Shown piece after piece: positions 1 through 10,764 of a DNA stretch of 64,000 nucleotides (its first letter is position 1; every line of letters starts with the position of its first letter). Source of the stretch: Andalucia godoyi And28 (Eukaryota; Protista; Jakobida); assembly GCA_009859145.1 (NCBI GenBank), contig VRVR01000041.1, forward strand, positions 207,107 through 271,106. Reading direction: 5' to 3'. Below the pieces are notes generated by a model that saw only the letters and a program-made list of their open reading frames with translations, was not told where the DNA came from and made no database searches. The position numbers were made by a program, and so were the translations under genes.

Positions 1-205
1 TTAGGTTTGATTGGGAACAAAGTGCGAAATGATCATGGTTATCTTCCGTTTTCTATTTTTACAAATCTTTTTTTAAATTTTTTTAAATTAATTTTACAAT
101 AGTAATGCTCCTCTTTTCACTGTATTATTATCATTATTTTAATTCCAGTAAGTAGGGTTTTGAAAGATCGTTCAGAGCCAGCGAAACAACGACAGCAATA
201 AGAAG

Positions 206-1243
206 ATGGAGAACTTTCCAGTGATTGATCTTGAACCGTTCCTGAATGGCGAGGCGTGCCCGGAAACATGTGCACAGGTTGCAAAGCTTCTTCATGACAC
301 CGGGATTCTGATTCTTCGTGATCCCCGAGTTTCCGAAAGCGACAATGATACGTTTCTGAACCTTATGGAGCGGTACTACGACCAACCGGATGAGGTCAAG
401 CTGCAGGATGTGCGTCCGCACTTGTCGTACCAGGTGGGAGCGACTCCGGAAGGAACGGAAGTTGCGCGCAACAATGACGATGCGGTTGCCAAGCTTGGGG
501 ACTTGCAGAAGCCCCACGAGTTGAAAAAGGCAGATCCCAAATGGAGGTTTTTCTGGCGTGTGGGAGAGAGACCCGCGGCGTCCGAGTCAAAGTACCCGGA
601 GCTGAACGCTGCACCGGTGTACCCGAAGGCATTCCCAGAGTGGGAGTCTGTGATGAACATGTGGGGTGGGAAGATGATTGCTGCGGTGCGAACTGCAGTG
701 GAAATGCTTGCCTTGGGATTCAGCTTGCCAAGGGACACATTCACTTCCAAGATGGTCAAGGGACCGCACCTGCTCGCACCCACGGGATCCAACATTGCAA
801 AGTTCCATGATATTGGAGCAGTCATGGCCGGATTCCACTACGATTTGAACTTCCTGACTTGCCATGGTCGCTCGAGATACCCGGGACTATATGCCTGGCT
901 TCGTGATGGAACCAAGGTCAAGGTCCGCGTTCCCAGTGGCTGCTTGTTGGTTCAGGCAGGAAAGCAGGCAGAATGGCTCACGGGAGGATATGTCATGGCA
1001 GGATTCCACGAAGTCGTCGTCACGGAAGATACCTTGGCTGCTTGGGAACGTGCAAAGCAGGAGGGTCGCTCCGAATGGCGTGTTTCCTCAACGCTGTTCT
1101 CCCACATTGCGTCGGATGTCACCCTTCAGCCAGTTGGACCGTTTGCAACCGAGGAAGCGTTGGCAAAGTACCCGCCTACGGATGCTGGCAAGCAGGTTGC
1201 CGACGAGCTCCAGGCGATCAACCTCTCGGGAAACAAGATGTAA
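206..1243 (+). CDS. 2-oxoglutarate/Fe(II)-dependent dioxygenase (isopenicillin N synthase-like fold)
   Basis: 345-aa ORF. N-terminal FPVIDL (DIOX_N-like), metal triad H-x-D (FHYD) plus H (FHEVVV), R-x-S 2OG-binding motif (WRVSS). Confidence 0.85.
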   Translation: MENFPVIDLEPFLNGEACPETCAQVAKLLHDTGILILRDPRVSESDNDTFLNLMERYYDQPDEVKLQDVRPHLSYQVGATPEGTEVARNNDDAVAKLGDLQKPHELKKADPKWRFFWRVGERPAASESKYPELNAAPVYPKAFPEWESVMNMWGGKMIAAVRTAVEMLALGFSLPRDTFTSKMVKGPHLLAPTGSNIAKFHDIGAVMAGFHYDLNFLTCHGRSRYPGLYAWLRDGTKVKVRVPSGCLLVQAGKQAEWLTGGYVMAGFHEVVVTEDTLAAWERAKQEGRSEWRVSSTLFSHIASDVTLQPVGPFATEEALAKYPPTDAGKQVADELQAINLSGNKM

Positions 1244-1522
1244 ACATAGCAGGACCCCCTGCGTTCTCTGAGAAGTTCTCTCAACCCGATGTAACGTTCG
1301 TTTGTTTGTTGTCTGTCTGTCTGTCTGTCTGTTTATTTGTTTGTCTGTTTGTTTTTCCCGTTTGCGCTTCCCCACAGTTCTTTCCAAAGTTTGAATAAAA
1401 TCAAAAGTGGATCGAATGTGCAAAGTGACCAACTTTGGCGTCCCAAAATAAATGAACGAGCATGGTTGACAGGAGGTCTCCAAAGGGGAAAAACAACCAC
1501 AAAAATCAACTTTTACGAGAGT

Positions 1523-4500
1523 CTATGTGGATGGAATCCGCGATGACTTGCGGTTCTTCCAGTCGTCCAATTTGCGCCGATTTGCTTGCGAACCAACCAG
1601 CGTCTGCAGACACGCGCCAGCACTTCGACGAAGCGACGCGTGCTCGGGAGAGGTGTGCGTGGAACACCATTCTACAAGGGACGCCAGTGCTTCCACAGCA
1701 CCATGCTCTCCGAGTTTGGCCGACATGGACGGAGACTCTGCTGCAATTTGCTTTGACAAGAGACAGCACTCCTTGAGAAGCTCCAAGGATGATTCTGAAT
1801 GCGAGTTCATGAGATGAACCAGACCCTTCATGACTGCTGGAGAAAACAGCGCAGCGTGCGAAATCGGAGCAGTCGCACTGGTTGAACTGGATGAAGACGA
1901 CGTGGACGTGGGAGACGAAGAAGGCGGCAACGAGAGGGTTCGCCAGAGAGAAACTAGATACAGATGAGCGCGATTACGGTTCGAAGTGAAAGGAACCCAG
2001 TCAAACAGCGGGGAGAGCGCGCTTTCAAGAGTAGATAGCACAGCGAGGGCGGAGAAGCCGGCCGAAAGTGCATGAGTGTAGAGAGCCAACAGGGCTTCCA
2101 GGAAAAGATCCACGGTGGATGAACGGGGAATGCTTGATACGATACGGTTCCAATGAGGGATCAAAGAGTTCGAAACGGAGGAAAGCATCACTGGATCCGT
2201 GCAGCGAACAAGAAATGTTGAAATCAGTATCGTGTGGTCTCGCAGCTGCTTCTTCTTGTCGCCAATGACGGACTCCAGCACTGGGTCCGTGAAGCACAAC
2301 ACGCTGAACAGCATTTCCAAAAATGAAACCAGACCAACGTCGATGAGAATAGCTCGTCGATCGTGATTTTCCATTTCTTGCGAATCCGATAGACACTGTC
2401 GAAGAAGTGCAAGGCATTTCTCGGCGACACCTACACTCCGAGAAAACACAGACCTGGTTATGACTTCAGAAAGTCCCGCAGTCGAAGACGCCAGTGTCGG
2501 GTTTGCAGGCCTGTTGGAAGAAGCAAGAGAAGCGGTGGAGGATCCAAGGCCAGAATTGGAGCTCCCCGGCGATTCCGAAGACAAGCGATGCAACGCAATG
2601 CTGAGAGACCGTGAACCGAGCGTCACTACAAATTCCAGTCCCCGTCCACTAGCAACCATTAGTCGGTTCGCAGGAAGCAGAGACAAAATGACGAGGCAAG
2701 CGGTCACCTTGTCAACCAGTTCGAGAGTGGACGAAAGAGCACGGTCATCATCCGCGGTCTGCAGCTGTGCAGCAGGACTGTCGGCGTCACGCTCCACCAC
2801 AAGCGATAAAAAATGAGTCGTTTCGGCGCACATTCCCAACAAGATTGGAATAAGGCCGATTTGGCCCAGAATCTGCTTGTTTGTATCATTGAGTGCACAG
2901 TTTCGAACACATGAGACGGCATTCTCGAGAACTGCCAGCGATTCGCTGTTCCGAATAGTGTCAACAAACACATCGAGGCCTCCGCACTTTCGCATCTGCA
3001 CTCTGTTTTCGCTTACACTCGTCAAATTCCACAGAGTTCCTGTTATATTCTCCAGAATCGTGTGGCGAGAGGGGATGTCCTTTCGATGCGTGTAAGTTTC
3101 GCAGAGGACGACGAGAGCGTCGATACCGCCGTATTCTCGGATTTTGTGTTTGTTTTCGACATCGACACCCAAATTCCACAACGCGCCAATTGCATTTTCA
3201 TGAACGGACGTAACTTCACGGATGCGCTCTCGCTGGAATTCCGCAGTGCCGTGCGAGTCCACCGGCGCAGATGCTGCTGTTGCTGCTGTTGCTGCTGTTG
3301 CTGATGGTGCTACTGTTGTTGTTGTTGCTATTGTCGTCGTCGTCGATGCAGGCTGTGCAGGCTTCGTTTCGGATTCAGCAGATGCGTGCTCGGAACCAAG
3401 TCCTAGCGCCTTTTCAGAAGCTTCCTCGTTTGCAGCAGAGGTCGTCGAGATGGCATGCAACTCGCCATCAGATTCAACCTTTCCAGACCCTGCAGCCATC
3501 GAAATATCCACAGACTCATCGATGGTCGACACCACAGACGGATCTTCGTCGTCGTTCACTTCAGACGACGTTTGCAAACTGTCCTCAGCACTGCCGTCCG
3601 AAAGTTTTGAATCTTCTACCAGCTGCGGCCCGACGGCAGTTGTGGAATGCGCGGACGCCTGCGGCTCGCCCGCAGGAGTTTGCGCTCTGGAGCCTACGCG
3701 AGCGCTGCCTTCGGACTCCGCATCCACGGACTCGGGAAGCGAGACCTCGCAAAGCCGGATTAGAATTTCAATGGCGCCAATTTCCGGAAGCAACTTCTTG
3801 TTGTCTTCGTTTGAGGCACAGTTCCAGATTGCACCGGCAATCTTGCCTCGGGTGCCCATGGACACCGGACTGTCCAATCTCAACAGGTCCACCAAAATCT
3901 TCAATCCGCCCGATGAGCGCATCCGCTCTTTGATCGTCTCGTTTCGTGTTAAGTAGCCAAGTGCAATGGCGATATTCTCCACGACAACTACGGCTTCTGG
4001 ATCTTCTGTACACTGGCTGAGACAATCGAGGATCGCTTCCAGGCCATTGTGCTGTGCAATCTGCGTTCGGTGTGCGTTCGACGAGGAGGCAATTGGCCAG
4101 ATCGCAAACGTTGCCTTTTCGAGAACAAACAGCATTGGAGAATTCAGCATATGGAGCAGTGCAGGGATGATAACCGGCCCCACCAACTCGTCCAGCACCG
4201 ATCTGTGCGATGCTGACCGCGCAATGTGCGACAGCAACAAGCACGATCCGGCCTTGACGCCATCGTTAATGGATGAGAGCAGCCGCAGCAGCACAGGCAG
4301 ACCCTTTGCCTCCAGAAATTTCCCGATTCCAATCTCACTGTCGTTTTCTGGCTCGGTCATCACCGACAGCAGCTTGAGAACATAGGACTGCACATTGGGC
4401 CTGGCCGCCACCACCCAGTCCACGAGTCCGCGTATGCACTGGCCCCACTGGTGAAGATTGTGAGGGTCAGCGACAAACGCCGAGGGAAACTCGGATGCCC

Positions 4501-5014
4501 ACGAGCGCTCAAGCCCAACGAGCGCGCGAACAGCATGCACATCGTCCATCTGCGGACCTCGTTTCACCAGCCACAGGCACATGTCAACCTGGCTCTTTCC
4601 AACATTGCTGTTTTCCGACAAGACCTGTTCCTGCACCACACTTTGTACAGCTCGTAGGCACTCGAGCGTCTGCACAACCTCGTCTCTCCGCTTCTCAAGC
4701 ACAAGTGTCCCGTCTTCCAGTAGCTGAAGCTCGTCGCGCAGCCTCTTCATTGCGTGTTTCTGAATGGATATCCGCTCGTTGAGTGCCTGACTTTCCGCAT
4801 CCATCTCACCAACTCTGCGAGAAACAATTTCGTCGACCGACTCTTGCGTCGATATTGCCTCCTCGTTCACAGAGAGATAAAGTTGCGTGAACGGCCATTT
4901 TGAGATGAACGACGGCGCATGCGAAGAGCGAAGCAGTTGCTCAATATGAGTTGCTGTCAGCAATCCAGGTGCTCGAAACGTCATACCGTTCTCATGCAAG
5001 CCCCGCAATGGCAC
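1523..5014 (-). CDS. Armadillo-repeat protein with N-terminal coiled coil
   Basis: 1163-aa ORF. Repeated ARM-like units (GGLKILVDLL...IAGAIWNC, YGGIDALVVL...ITGTLWNL, CGGLDVFVD...AVSCVRNC) and a low-complexity T/A/S insert. Confidence 0.8.
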   Translation of the reverse strand: MPLRGLHENGMTFRAPGLLTATHIEQLLRSSHAPSFISKWPFTQLYLSVNEEAISTQESVDEIVSRRVGEMDAESQALNERISIQKHAMKRLRDELQLLEDGTLVLEKRRDEVVQTLECLRAVQSVVQEQVLSENSNVGKSQVDMCLWLVKRGPQMDDVHAVRALVGLERSWASEFPSAFVADPHNLHQWGQCIRGLVDWVVAARPNVQSYVLKLLSVMTEPENDSEIGIGKFLEAKGLPVLLRLLSSINDGVKAGSCLLLSHIARSASHRSVLDELVGPVIIPALLHMLNSPMLFVLEKATFAIWPIASSSNAHRTQIAQHNGLEAILDCLSQCTEDPEAVVVVENIAIALGYLTRNETIKERMRSSGGLKILVDLLRLDSPVSMGTRGKIAGAIWNCASNEDNKKLLPEIGAIEILIRLCEVSLPESVDAESEGSARVGSRAQTPAGEPQASAHSTTAVGPQLVEDSKLSDGSAEDSLQTSSEVNDDEDPSVVSTIDESVDISMAAGSGKVESDGELHAISTTSAANEEASEKALGLGSEHASAESETKPAQPASTTTTIATTTTVAPSATAATAATAASAPVDSHGTAEFQRERIREVTSVHENAIGALWNLGVDVENKHKIREYGGIDALVVLCETYTHRKDIPSRHTILENITGTLWNLTSVSENRVQMRKCGGLDVFVDTIRNSESLAVLENAVSCVRNCALNDTNKQILGQIGLIPILLGMCAETTHFLSLVVERDADSPAAQLQTADDDRALSSTLELVDKVTACLVILSLLPANRLMVASGRGLEFVVTLGSRSLSIALHRLSSESPGSSNSGLGSSTASLASSNRPANPTLASSTAGLSEVITRSVFSRSVGVAEKCLALLRQCLSDSQEMENHDRRAILIDVGLVSFLEMLFSVLCFTDPVLESVIGDKKKQLRDHTILISTFLVRCTDPVMLSSVSNSLIPHWNRIVSSIPRSSTVDLFLEALLALYTHALSAGFSALAVLSTLESALSPLFDWVPFTSNRNRAHLYLVSLWRTLSLPPSSSPTSTSSSSSSTSATAPISHAALFSPAVMKGLVHLMNSHSESSLELLKECCLLSKQIAAESPSMSAKLGEHGAVEALASLVEWCSTHTSPEHASLRRSAGACLQTLVGSQANRRKLDDWKNRKSSRIPST

Positions 5015-5088
5015 TCAAACCAATACACACAACCCCAGCCCCACCAACTAACTTTAAAATAGTATATAAACTATAATCGATTATCAAC

Positions 5089-5116
5089 TGTCAATTGTCA
5101 ATTGTCAATTGTCAAT
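5089..5116. repeat. (TGTCAAT)4 tandem repeat in the divergent intergenic region
   Basis: Four 7-bp units read directly. Confidence 0.8.
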
Positions 5117-5570
5117 TGATTAATGATATATAAGCTGCAACTCGAGAGATTCCAACGCGTGCAGAAGAAACGAGGACCGATGCGATGAGTCCTGCAGCAA
5201 AAGGCGCCAATTGCAAGCGGATCGTTAATGCTTTGCGTACGACGGGCGAGATCCTGAACTTCCCCAAATGTCCCCGAAGTCCCCTCGAAGTCCCTAAAGT
5301 CCTGAAAGACCAAATACAGCGAATGCGGAATGACGTGCCCAATCTTGCTCTCTGGATTTAGGAAACCTTTTCTTTCTCTTCCTTCTTCTTTTTCTTTCTT
5401 CCTTCTTTGCATTTTTTTCACTCGATTCCTCATTTTCATTGACTCTTTCTTGCTCTTTTGTTCTTTTGTTTTCTGGCATATTACCCGTGCGCGCGCGTGT
5501 GAGTGTGTGTGCGAGTGTGTGTGCGAGTGTGTGTGTGTTGTTTGTTGACGCGGAAGAGTGCAGGGGGAAA

Positions 5571-8500
5571 ATGAGTGAATCGAATTATCGGCGAATTAAG
5601 CTTGTCGGAAAGGGAACGTTTGGACAGGCGTTCTTGGTGCAGCGCGTGGACAACGGCAAGCAGTTTATCATGAAGAAGATCAACATCAGCAATATGAACA
5701 GCCAGGAACGTGCGGACGCGATGAATGAAGTTCGGCTCTTGTCGTCTCTGAAGCATCCGAACATTGTCGAGTACATCGAGTCGTTTACAGACACAACGGG
5801 AAATCTGTGCATTGTGATGGAGTATGCGGAAAGGGGGGATCTGTACGACGCTATTAAGAGACAGGCTGCGCTGAACAAGCCGTTTGCAGAAGAACAGATT
5901 GTGGATTGGCTGCTGCAAGTGTGCCTCGCTATCAAGCACTGTCATGACAAGAAGATTTTGCATCGAGATATCAAGTCGCAGAACATCTTTCTGACGGCAC
6001 AAAATAAGGTCAAAATCGGCGACTTTGGAATCGCAAGAGTCTTGAAAAATACGCTGGACTATGCGAAAACAATGGTCGGGACTCCGTACTACATGTCCCC
6101 CGAAATCTGCCAGGAAAAGCCGTACAACAACAAGTCGGACGTCTGGTCAATTGGATGTGTCCTGTACGAGCTTCTCACGATGCGACATGCGTTTGATGCT
6201 CAGAACATGCGAGGCCTCGTGGTGAAAATCTTGAGAGGCGTGTATCCCCCGGTGCCCACATCGTACTCCGAAGACCTGCGGCTGTTGGTGGGGCAAATGT
6301 TTGAAAGAGACCCTAGAAAGCGCTTGTCCGTGAATGGCATCTTGCGCACGCCACTGATGAGATCGCGAATTTCTAAATTCTTGTCCGAATCCATGATTCG
6401 AAAGGAGGGGTTGGTCGTTGCACCTGCCGCTCCCGCGGTCCCTGTCCCGCGCGGAATGTCTCCTGCATTCCAGTTTCCGCCTTCACAGCAACAGCCGATT
6501 CCAGTTGCACGCGCAGTTCCAGCGAACGGTGTCATCCGCAGCGGATTACAGCCCACCCCGGCCGGTCAAAATGCGGCAGCACCGAGCAATCTGAGTCCGC
6601 CTGTTCCTGCTCCTGCGCCTCGAAATCCTCCCACAGAGCCAGATCGGAGGTCACAACAGATTGCCCAGACTCCAGCTCCGTTACCACAGCAGCAAAATGT
6701 GGAGAAGCAGAGTGCACTGGATGCAGAGAGGAGGAAGCAGTTCTTTGATGCCCAAGAAGCAGCGCGTCAGAACCGCCTCCGTGCTCTCGGTGACTTGGAC
6801 GGACCGTCTCCAGAGAGAAGAGAGTCTCCTCATAATCTTCAACAACAGCAACAGCCTGCAGTAGAACTGGAAGGTCGAAAGGCTTCGAAACTGGATGAAC
6901 AGGCGAAGAGAGAAGCGGATTTTGCAAATTTGCAGCGCGAGTACTACGTAGAGATGCGGGCACAGGCAGCGCGGAACAAGGCTCGGTTGAATGAGGATCT
7001 AGGCATCCAGAGAGGTATTTCTCCGGTCCTCGCAGCGCCGGCCAATCCGTCTCCTCGAGGTCAGGTTGGCGGTCCTTCCAGTGCTGCGGCCGTCGCACCG
7101 AACTATTCAAGTCCGGCTTTGGAAATGGAAAAGCGGAAAGCTGAGGAGCGCAGAGTTGCCGAGGAAGCATTGTTGGCGCAACAGAGAAAAGTCTTCTTTG
7201 AGAATCGTGCACAGCGTGAGGAGAACAAAAGAAGACTGTATGAGGATCTGGGCCGTGCTCCAGCTGTTGCCGCTCTGGAAAAGCCTGTGCAACAACAGCC
7301 GCAGCTTTCTGCAGCACAAATGGCGCGCCAGCGCGAAGACGAAGCTGCACGCCAGCGCGCCGAGGCAGTGCGAGCGAGCGAGCAAGATGCAGCGTCGAAG
7401 CGAAAGCTCGAGGAAGACCGGATGCGAAGGGAAGCAGCTGCACGTTACGAATCAAAGCTTCGAGAGAAAGAGACTCGGGAAGAGGAGAAGCGCAGAAAGG
7501 AGGAAGCGGATCGGCAAAAGCGAGAAGAATGGGAAAGGCAGCGGGCACAGAAGAAGGCTGAGGAGGCGCGGATGGAGGCGGAACGGAAGGAGCGTCTCAA
7601 GAAGATGATGGGCAATGTGAAGAATGCAGAGCCGAGGGCAAAGATACGTCCCTCGTCACCACCTTCAGTTGTTAGCAGCGGGAATCGCGCCTCGGGTGAT
7701 TTTAGCAGAAACCCGAGGTTGTCGGCAGCGGAGGATGCACGATCTAGTGCCGACATCATGGATGAGATGATGGCCAAGGAGGAGGCCCGCAAAGCACGAG
7801 AAGCTGCTCGCGAAGAAGAAAGGAAAAAGTTTCGTGAGCAACGAGCCAAGTTGGTTGCACAGAAGAACGCCGATCCTTCGAGTGATATTGTTATTGTAGA
7901 GGCTCCAAACAGGAGACGGGCGCTCTCCGAACCACCCGCACCCGCACCCGCACCCGCAGCCGCAGCCGCAGCCCTTACCCCAGTTCCACCTCCAGTTCCC
8001 GTTCCTGCTGCTGCGGCGGCGGTTTCCGCTGCTTCTTCTTCCGTAGTTGCCGGACCGAGTCCCTCACGGAGCGACCCAAAGGACGCAGATCACCTTGCGA
8101 CGAACACTAGTCAAGAGGGTGCGAGGCTTTCCGACATGGACTCGTTGGAGGATGAAATCGACCATCAGCACAAACTGGAGGATTTTGGCGATTTGCCAAA
8201 CGATTTCGAACCGGACGCTGACGATTTGGGCTCTACTCTAGGAACGCAGGATTTGGATTTGTCCTCCACGGCCTCTTCGAGTGATTTTGAGGATGAAGAA
8301 GACGACAACATTGCAGATGCTCTTGCGCAGAAACTCCAGTTTGATCGGCCGGAAGCAGACAAGTTTCGTTTGGATGGAAATACATTGCGACTGCCGAATC
8401 TGAGTGAGCGCGATTCCCTCGCTGCTCGGATTGAGAATCTGCGCATGTACATTGAGAAGTCGGTCGGCGTCGACGCATTTCTGGAATCATACATGACGCT

Positions 8501-8660
8501 GCAGAACATCCGAGAGGGCGATTTTGATGACGACGAAAAGGATGATGGAAACCGTCTGCAACAAGAATTGGAGAGAATTTTGGGTGCAGACAACGTCAAG
8601 GTTGCAAGCTTAATTAACCAACTGATCTTTTGCGAGGACATGATGAATGAACACAACTGA
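5571..8660 (+). CDS. NIMA-related kinase (NEK1-like) with coiled-coil tail
   Basis: Kinase motifs GKGTFG, VEY, HRDIKSQNIF, DFGIAR, GTPYYMSPE, DVWS. C-terminal segment (RIENLRMYIEKSVG...AFLESY) resembles the NEK1 tail. Start moved to ATG 5571 because the upstream ORF part is GT-repeat UTR. Confidence 0.92.
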   Translation: MSESNYRRIKLVGKGTFGQAFLVQRVDNGKQFIMKKINISNMNSQERADAMNEVRLLSSLKHPNIVEYIESFTDTTGNLCIVMEYAERGDLYDAIKRQAALNKPFAEEQIVDWLLQVCLAIKHCHDKKILHRDIKSQNIFLTAQNKVKIGDFGIARVLKNTLDYAKTMVGTPYYMSPEICQEKPYNNKSDVWSIGCVLYELLTMRHAFDAQNMRGLVVKILRGVYPPVPTSYSEDLRLLVGQMFERDPRKRLSVNGILRTPLMRSRISKFLSESMIRKEGLVVAPAAPAVPVPRGMSPAFQFPPSQQQPIPVARAVPANGVIRSGLQPTPAGQNAAAPSNLSPPVPAPAPRNPPTEPDRRSQQIAQTPAPLPQQQNVEKQSALDAERRKQFFDAQEAARQNRLRALGDLDGPSPERRESPHNLQQQQQPAVELEGRKASKLDEQAKREADFANLQREYYVEMRAQAARNKARLNEDLGIQRGISPVLAAPANPSPRGQVGGPSSAAAVAPNYSSPALEMEKRKAEERRVAEEALLAQQRKVFFENRAQREENKRRLYEDLGRAPAVAALEKPVQQQPQLSAAQMARQREDEAARQRAEAVRASEQDAASKRKLEEDRMRREAAARYESKLREKETREEEKRRKEEADRQKREEWERQRAQKKAEEARMEAERKERLKKMMGNVKNAEPRAKIRPSSPPSVVSSGNRASGDFSRNPRLSAAEDARSSADIMDEMMAKEEARKAREAAREEERKKFREQRAKLVAQKNADPSSDIVIVEAPNRRRALSEPPAPAPAPAAAAAALTPVPPPVPVPAAAAAVSAASSSVVAGPSPSRSDPKDADHLATNTSQEGARLSDMDSLEDEIDHQHKLEDFGDLPNDFEPDADDLGSTLGTQDLDLSSTASSSDFEDEEDDNIADALAQKLQFDRPEADKFRLDGNTLRLPNLSERDSLAARIENLRMYIEKSVGVDAFLESYMTLQNIREGDFDDDEKDDGNRLQQELERILGADNVKVASLINQLIFCEDMMNEHN

Positions 8661-8905
8661 ACGTTCCTTTTTCGTGAGCAATTTTATTTCTTTGTTGTTT
8701 CCTTTCCTTGCATATTTCTTTACTGCGGGCTCTGTGGTCCTTGAGACACTCGAACACATACAAATATATTCAGCATTACTGTCATCATTATTATGAATGT
8801 ATTATTTCTATTATAAATGATTGTGCAGAATTGTTTCTTAAAAACTGCAGTTGATGCCATGTCACCCAAAAGAACGGCAACAAAGAAAAAACCACAAAAA
8901 ACATT

Positions 8906-8979
8906 TGCGAAAGGCGTGGATTGAACACGCGACCTTTCGATCTTCAGTCGAACGCTACTCCCAGCTGAGCTACTTTCGC
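8906..8979 (-). tRNA. tRNA-Phe(GAA), copy 1
   Basis: Cloverleaf: acceptor GCGAAAG/CTTTCGC, anticodon arm TTCGA-CTGAAGA-TCGAA, T arm GCGTG-TTCAATC-CACGC, followed by an oligo-T Pol III terminator. Confidence 0.95.
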
Positions 8980-9264
8980 TTGATAGCTGAGCAGTACGTG
9001 TTTGCAGCACAGAGCTCGTTCTCCTCCGCTACTGCAGAAACATGTGAACGAATCCTCGGGCAAGGCAAAATGGGAGGAGACGACTGCATTGCCCTGTGCC
9101 CAACGGCCGGCTAAGAAATTTAAAAGGAGCTGGGAAGGGAAGAGGGGGGAAAAAAGAAAAGAAAAGAAAAGAAAAAAAGAAAAGAAAAGAAAAGAAAAGA
9201 AGGCTAGCGGAGACAGAGTTTGTGGGGCTGTTGGCGTTTCTCGCTGTGTCGGGAACTCGGGTGA

Positions 9265-10560
9265 ATGTCACAAGAAGCGTCGTTGGACGAACCGGTGTTT
9301 GCGTCGCCGCCCAAGTTTCTTATTGATCTTGATCTTCCGGCCGACGAACGGTGGTCCGAAGTGATTCGAGCGTATGCACACGAGTTTCCAAGGATTTTAG
9401 ATTATCTGTCGTCGCCCGCTGAGTCTGGGATTCCGAAAAGAGTCTTGTCAGTACTGTCGTTTCTGATGGGCTCCTATGCACACACACGAATGCTGTGTGC
9501 GTATGTCCCGGAACTGAAGAGCATTTCGCGTCAAGCAAAGTTTCCGCTTGGAAAACTAGTCACGCTTACGCTGATGTATGAACTGTGTGCTGCATGCACG
9601 TCTGTAGTCGTGGCGGATGCCCCATGGATGGCGGCGAAAAACAGCAGCTCGGGGCCGCTGTTGTACCGATCGATGGACTGGGAACTGCCTTTGTTGAAGA
9701 GGATCACCATTCATCTGGTCTTCCACAGATCTGGAAAGACGGTGTTCGAGGCTACTTCATGGGCAGGATACATTGGGGTGCTGACTGGAATGAGAGTGCT
9801 GGAGGATCCGCAGCTTGCCTCCGTGAACGATTCCCGCCAGTCTTCTTCTGCTGCCGGACGATATGCCGTTTCCGTGAATTACAGGAGAATGGGGAGTCCT
9901 GCAAGCCATAATGTATTTGGAATGCTAACGAGGAGATGGCCAGTTGGTTTTGCAGTTCGCCATTGTTTAGAAACTTGTCCGAACTTTCATACTGCGGTGT
10001 CCTTTTTGTCTGCGTGTCGGCTAATCAGTCCTGTCTATTTCACCGTTGTCGGAGATACTGTTGGACAAGCTGCAATTCTCACTCGCTCTCGGGCGTCGGT
10101 GGTGCACAAGTGGGCTCCCCCAACCGAGCGGAATTCGTCCGAAGCTGCTGTGAATTCTGCTGCCGAAATCGTAGAGCTGGGCGATGTGGAAGTGTCGAAA
10201 GCGCCGGGAACTGCGTTCGCAGTTCATTCCGAGCTGAAGTGGATGGTCCAAACCAACTGTGACTCGTGGAAACATACTGGGAGAATGTCGCAGAACGACA
10301 TTTTGTGTTCCGTCGACAGAACCCGAGCCGTTCGACGGTTTTTTAAAGAGGCGTCGCACACCACACTGGAAGACTTGTCGTCCAAGGAGGACAGAACTGC
10401 GGACGAAGCCGTCGCGAATGACCTGGAAGGGGAAGCACAAATCTTCAAGTCCAAATTGTCGCGGCTCTTTCAAAGCGATCCTGTGTTGCAATCGGAGACA
10501 ATATACATTTCCGAGATGAATCCGTTCGCAAAATCGTTTGTTACCTATGTCGTACCCTAG
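9265..10560 (+). CDS. Acid ceramidase / N-acylethanolamine amidase-like Ntn hydrolase
   Basis: IDLDLPADERW N-terminal motif, catalytic nucleophile CTSVVV, RSMDW, WAGYIGVLTG, ISPVYF, QTNCD. Confidence 0.85.
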   Translation: MSQEASLDEPVFASPPKFLIDLDLPADERWSEVIRAYAHEFPRILDYLSSPAESGIPKRVLSVLSFLMGSYAHTRMLCAYVPELKSISRQAKFPLGKLVTLTLMYELCAACTSVVVADAPWMAAKNSSSGPLLYRSMDWELPLLKRITIHLVFHRSGKTVFEATSWAGYIGVLTGMRVLEDPQLASVNDSRQSSSAAGRYAVSVNYRRMGSPASHNVFGMLTRRWPVGFAVRHCLETCPNFHTAVSFLSACRLISPVYFTVVGDTVGQAAILTRSRASVVHKWAPPTERNSSEAAVNSAAEIVELGDVEVSKAPGTAFAVHSELKWMVQTNCDSWKHTGRMSQNDILCSVDRTRAVRRFFKEASHTTLEDLSSKEDRTADEAVANDLEGEAQIFKSKLSRLFQSDPVLQSETIYISEMNPFAKSFVTYVVP

Positions 10561-10764
10561 TCGTCTGTCTTTCGGGAAGACATACGGCTTTTTGAGATGC
10601 TTGTAATAAAATTCTTTGCAGAACACAAACTTAGCATCTCCTTTTTCAACCGATGGGTGAGCAGCCGCGCTACGGAAGAGACTGGTTTTGATATGGCAGG
10701 GATCACCAGCAAAAACAAAAAAAGGAGACTGATGAGTTTTCACAGATCAGGAAGCATTCAGGAA

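Noticed and set aside
1235-1243. C-terminal -NKM of the 2OG oxygenase as a PTS1
   Set aside because: Asn at position -3 is a poor PTS1 residue; not supportable without experiment.
5439-5570. ORF-track N-terminal extensions of NEK, Vps15, RBM26, ABCG-B, metacaspase, KMO and Icp55
   Set aside because: They translate SSR or poly-A/T UTR sequence, often from non-ATG codons; family homology begins at the downstream ATGs used above.
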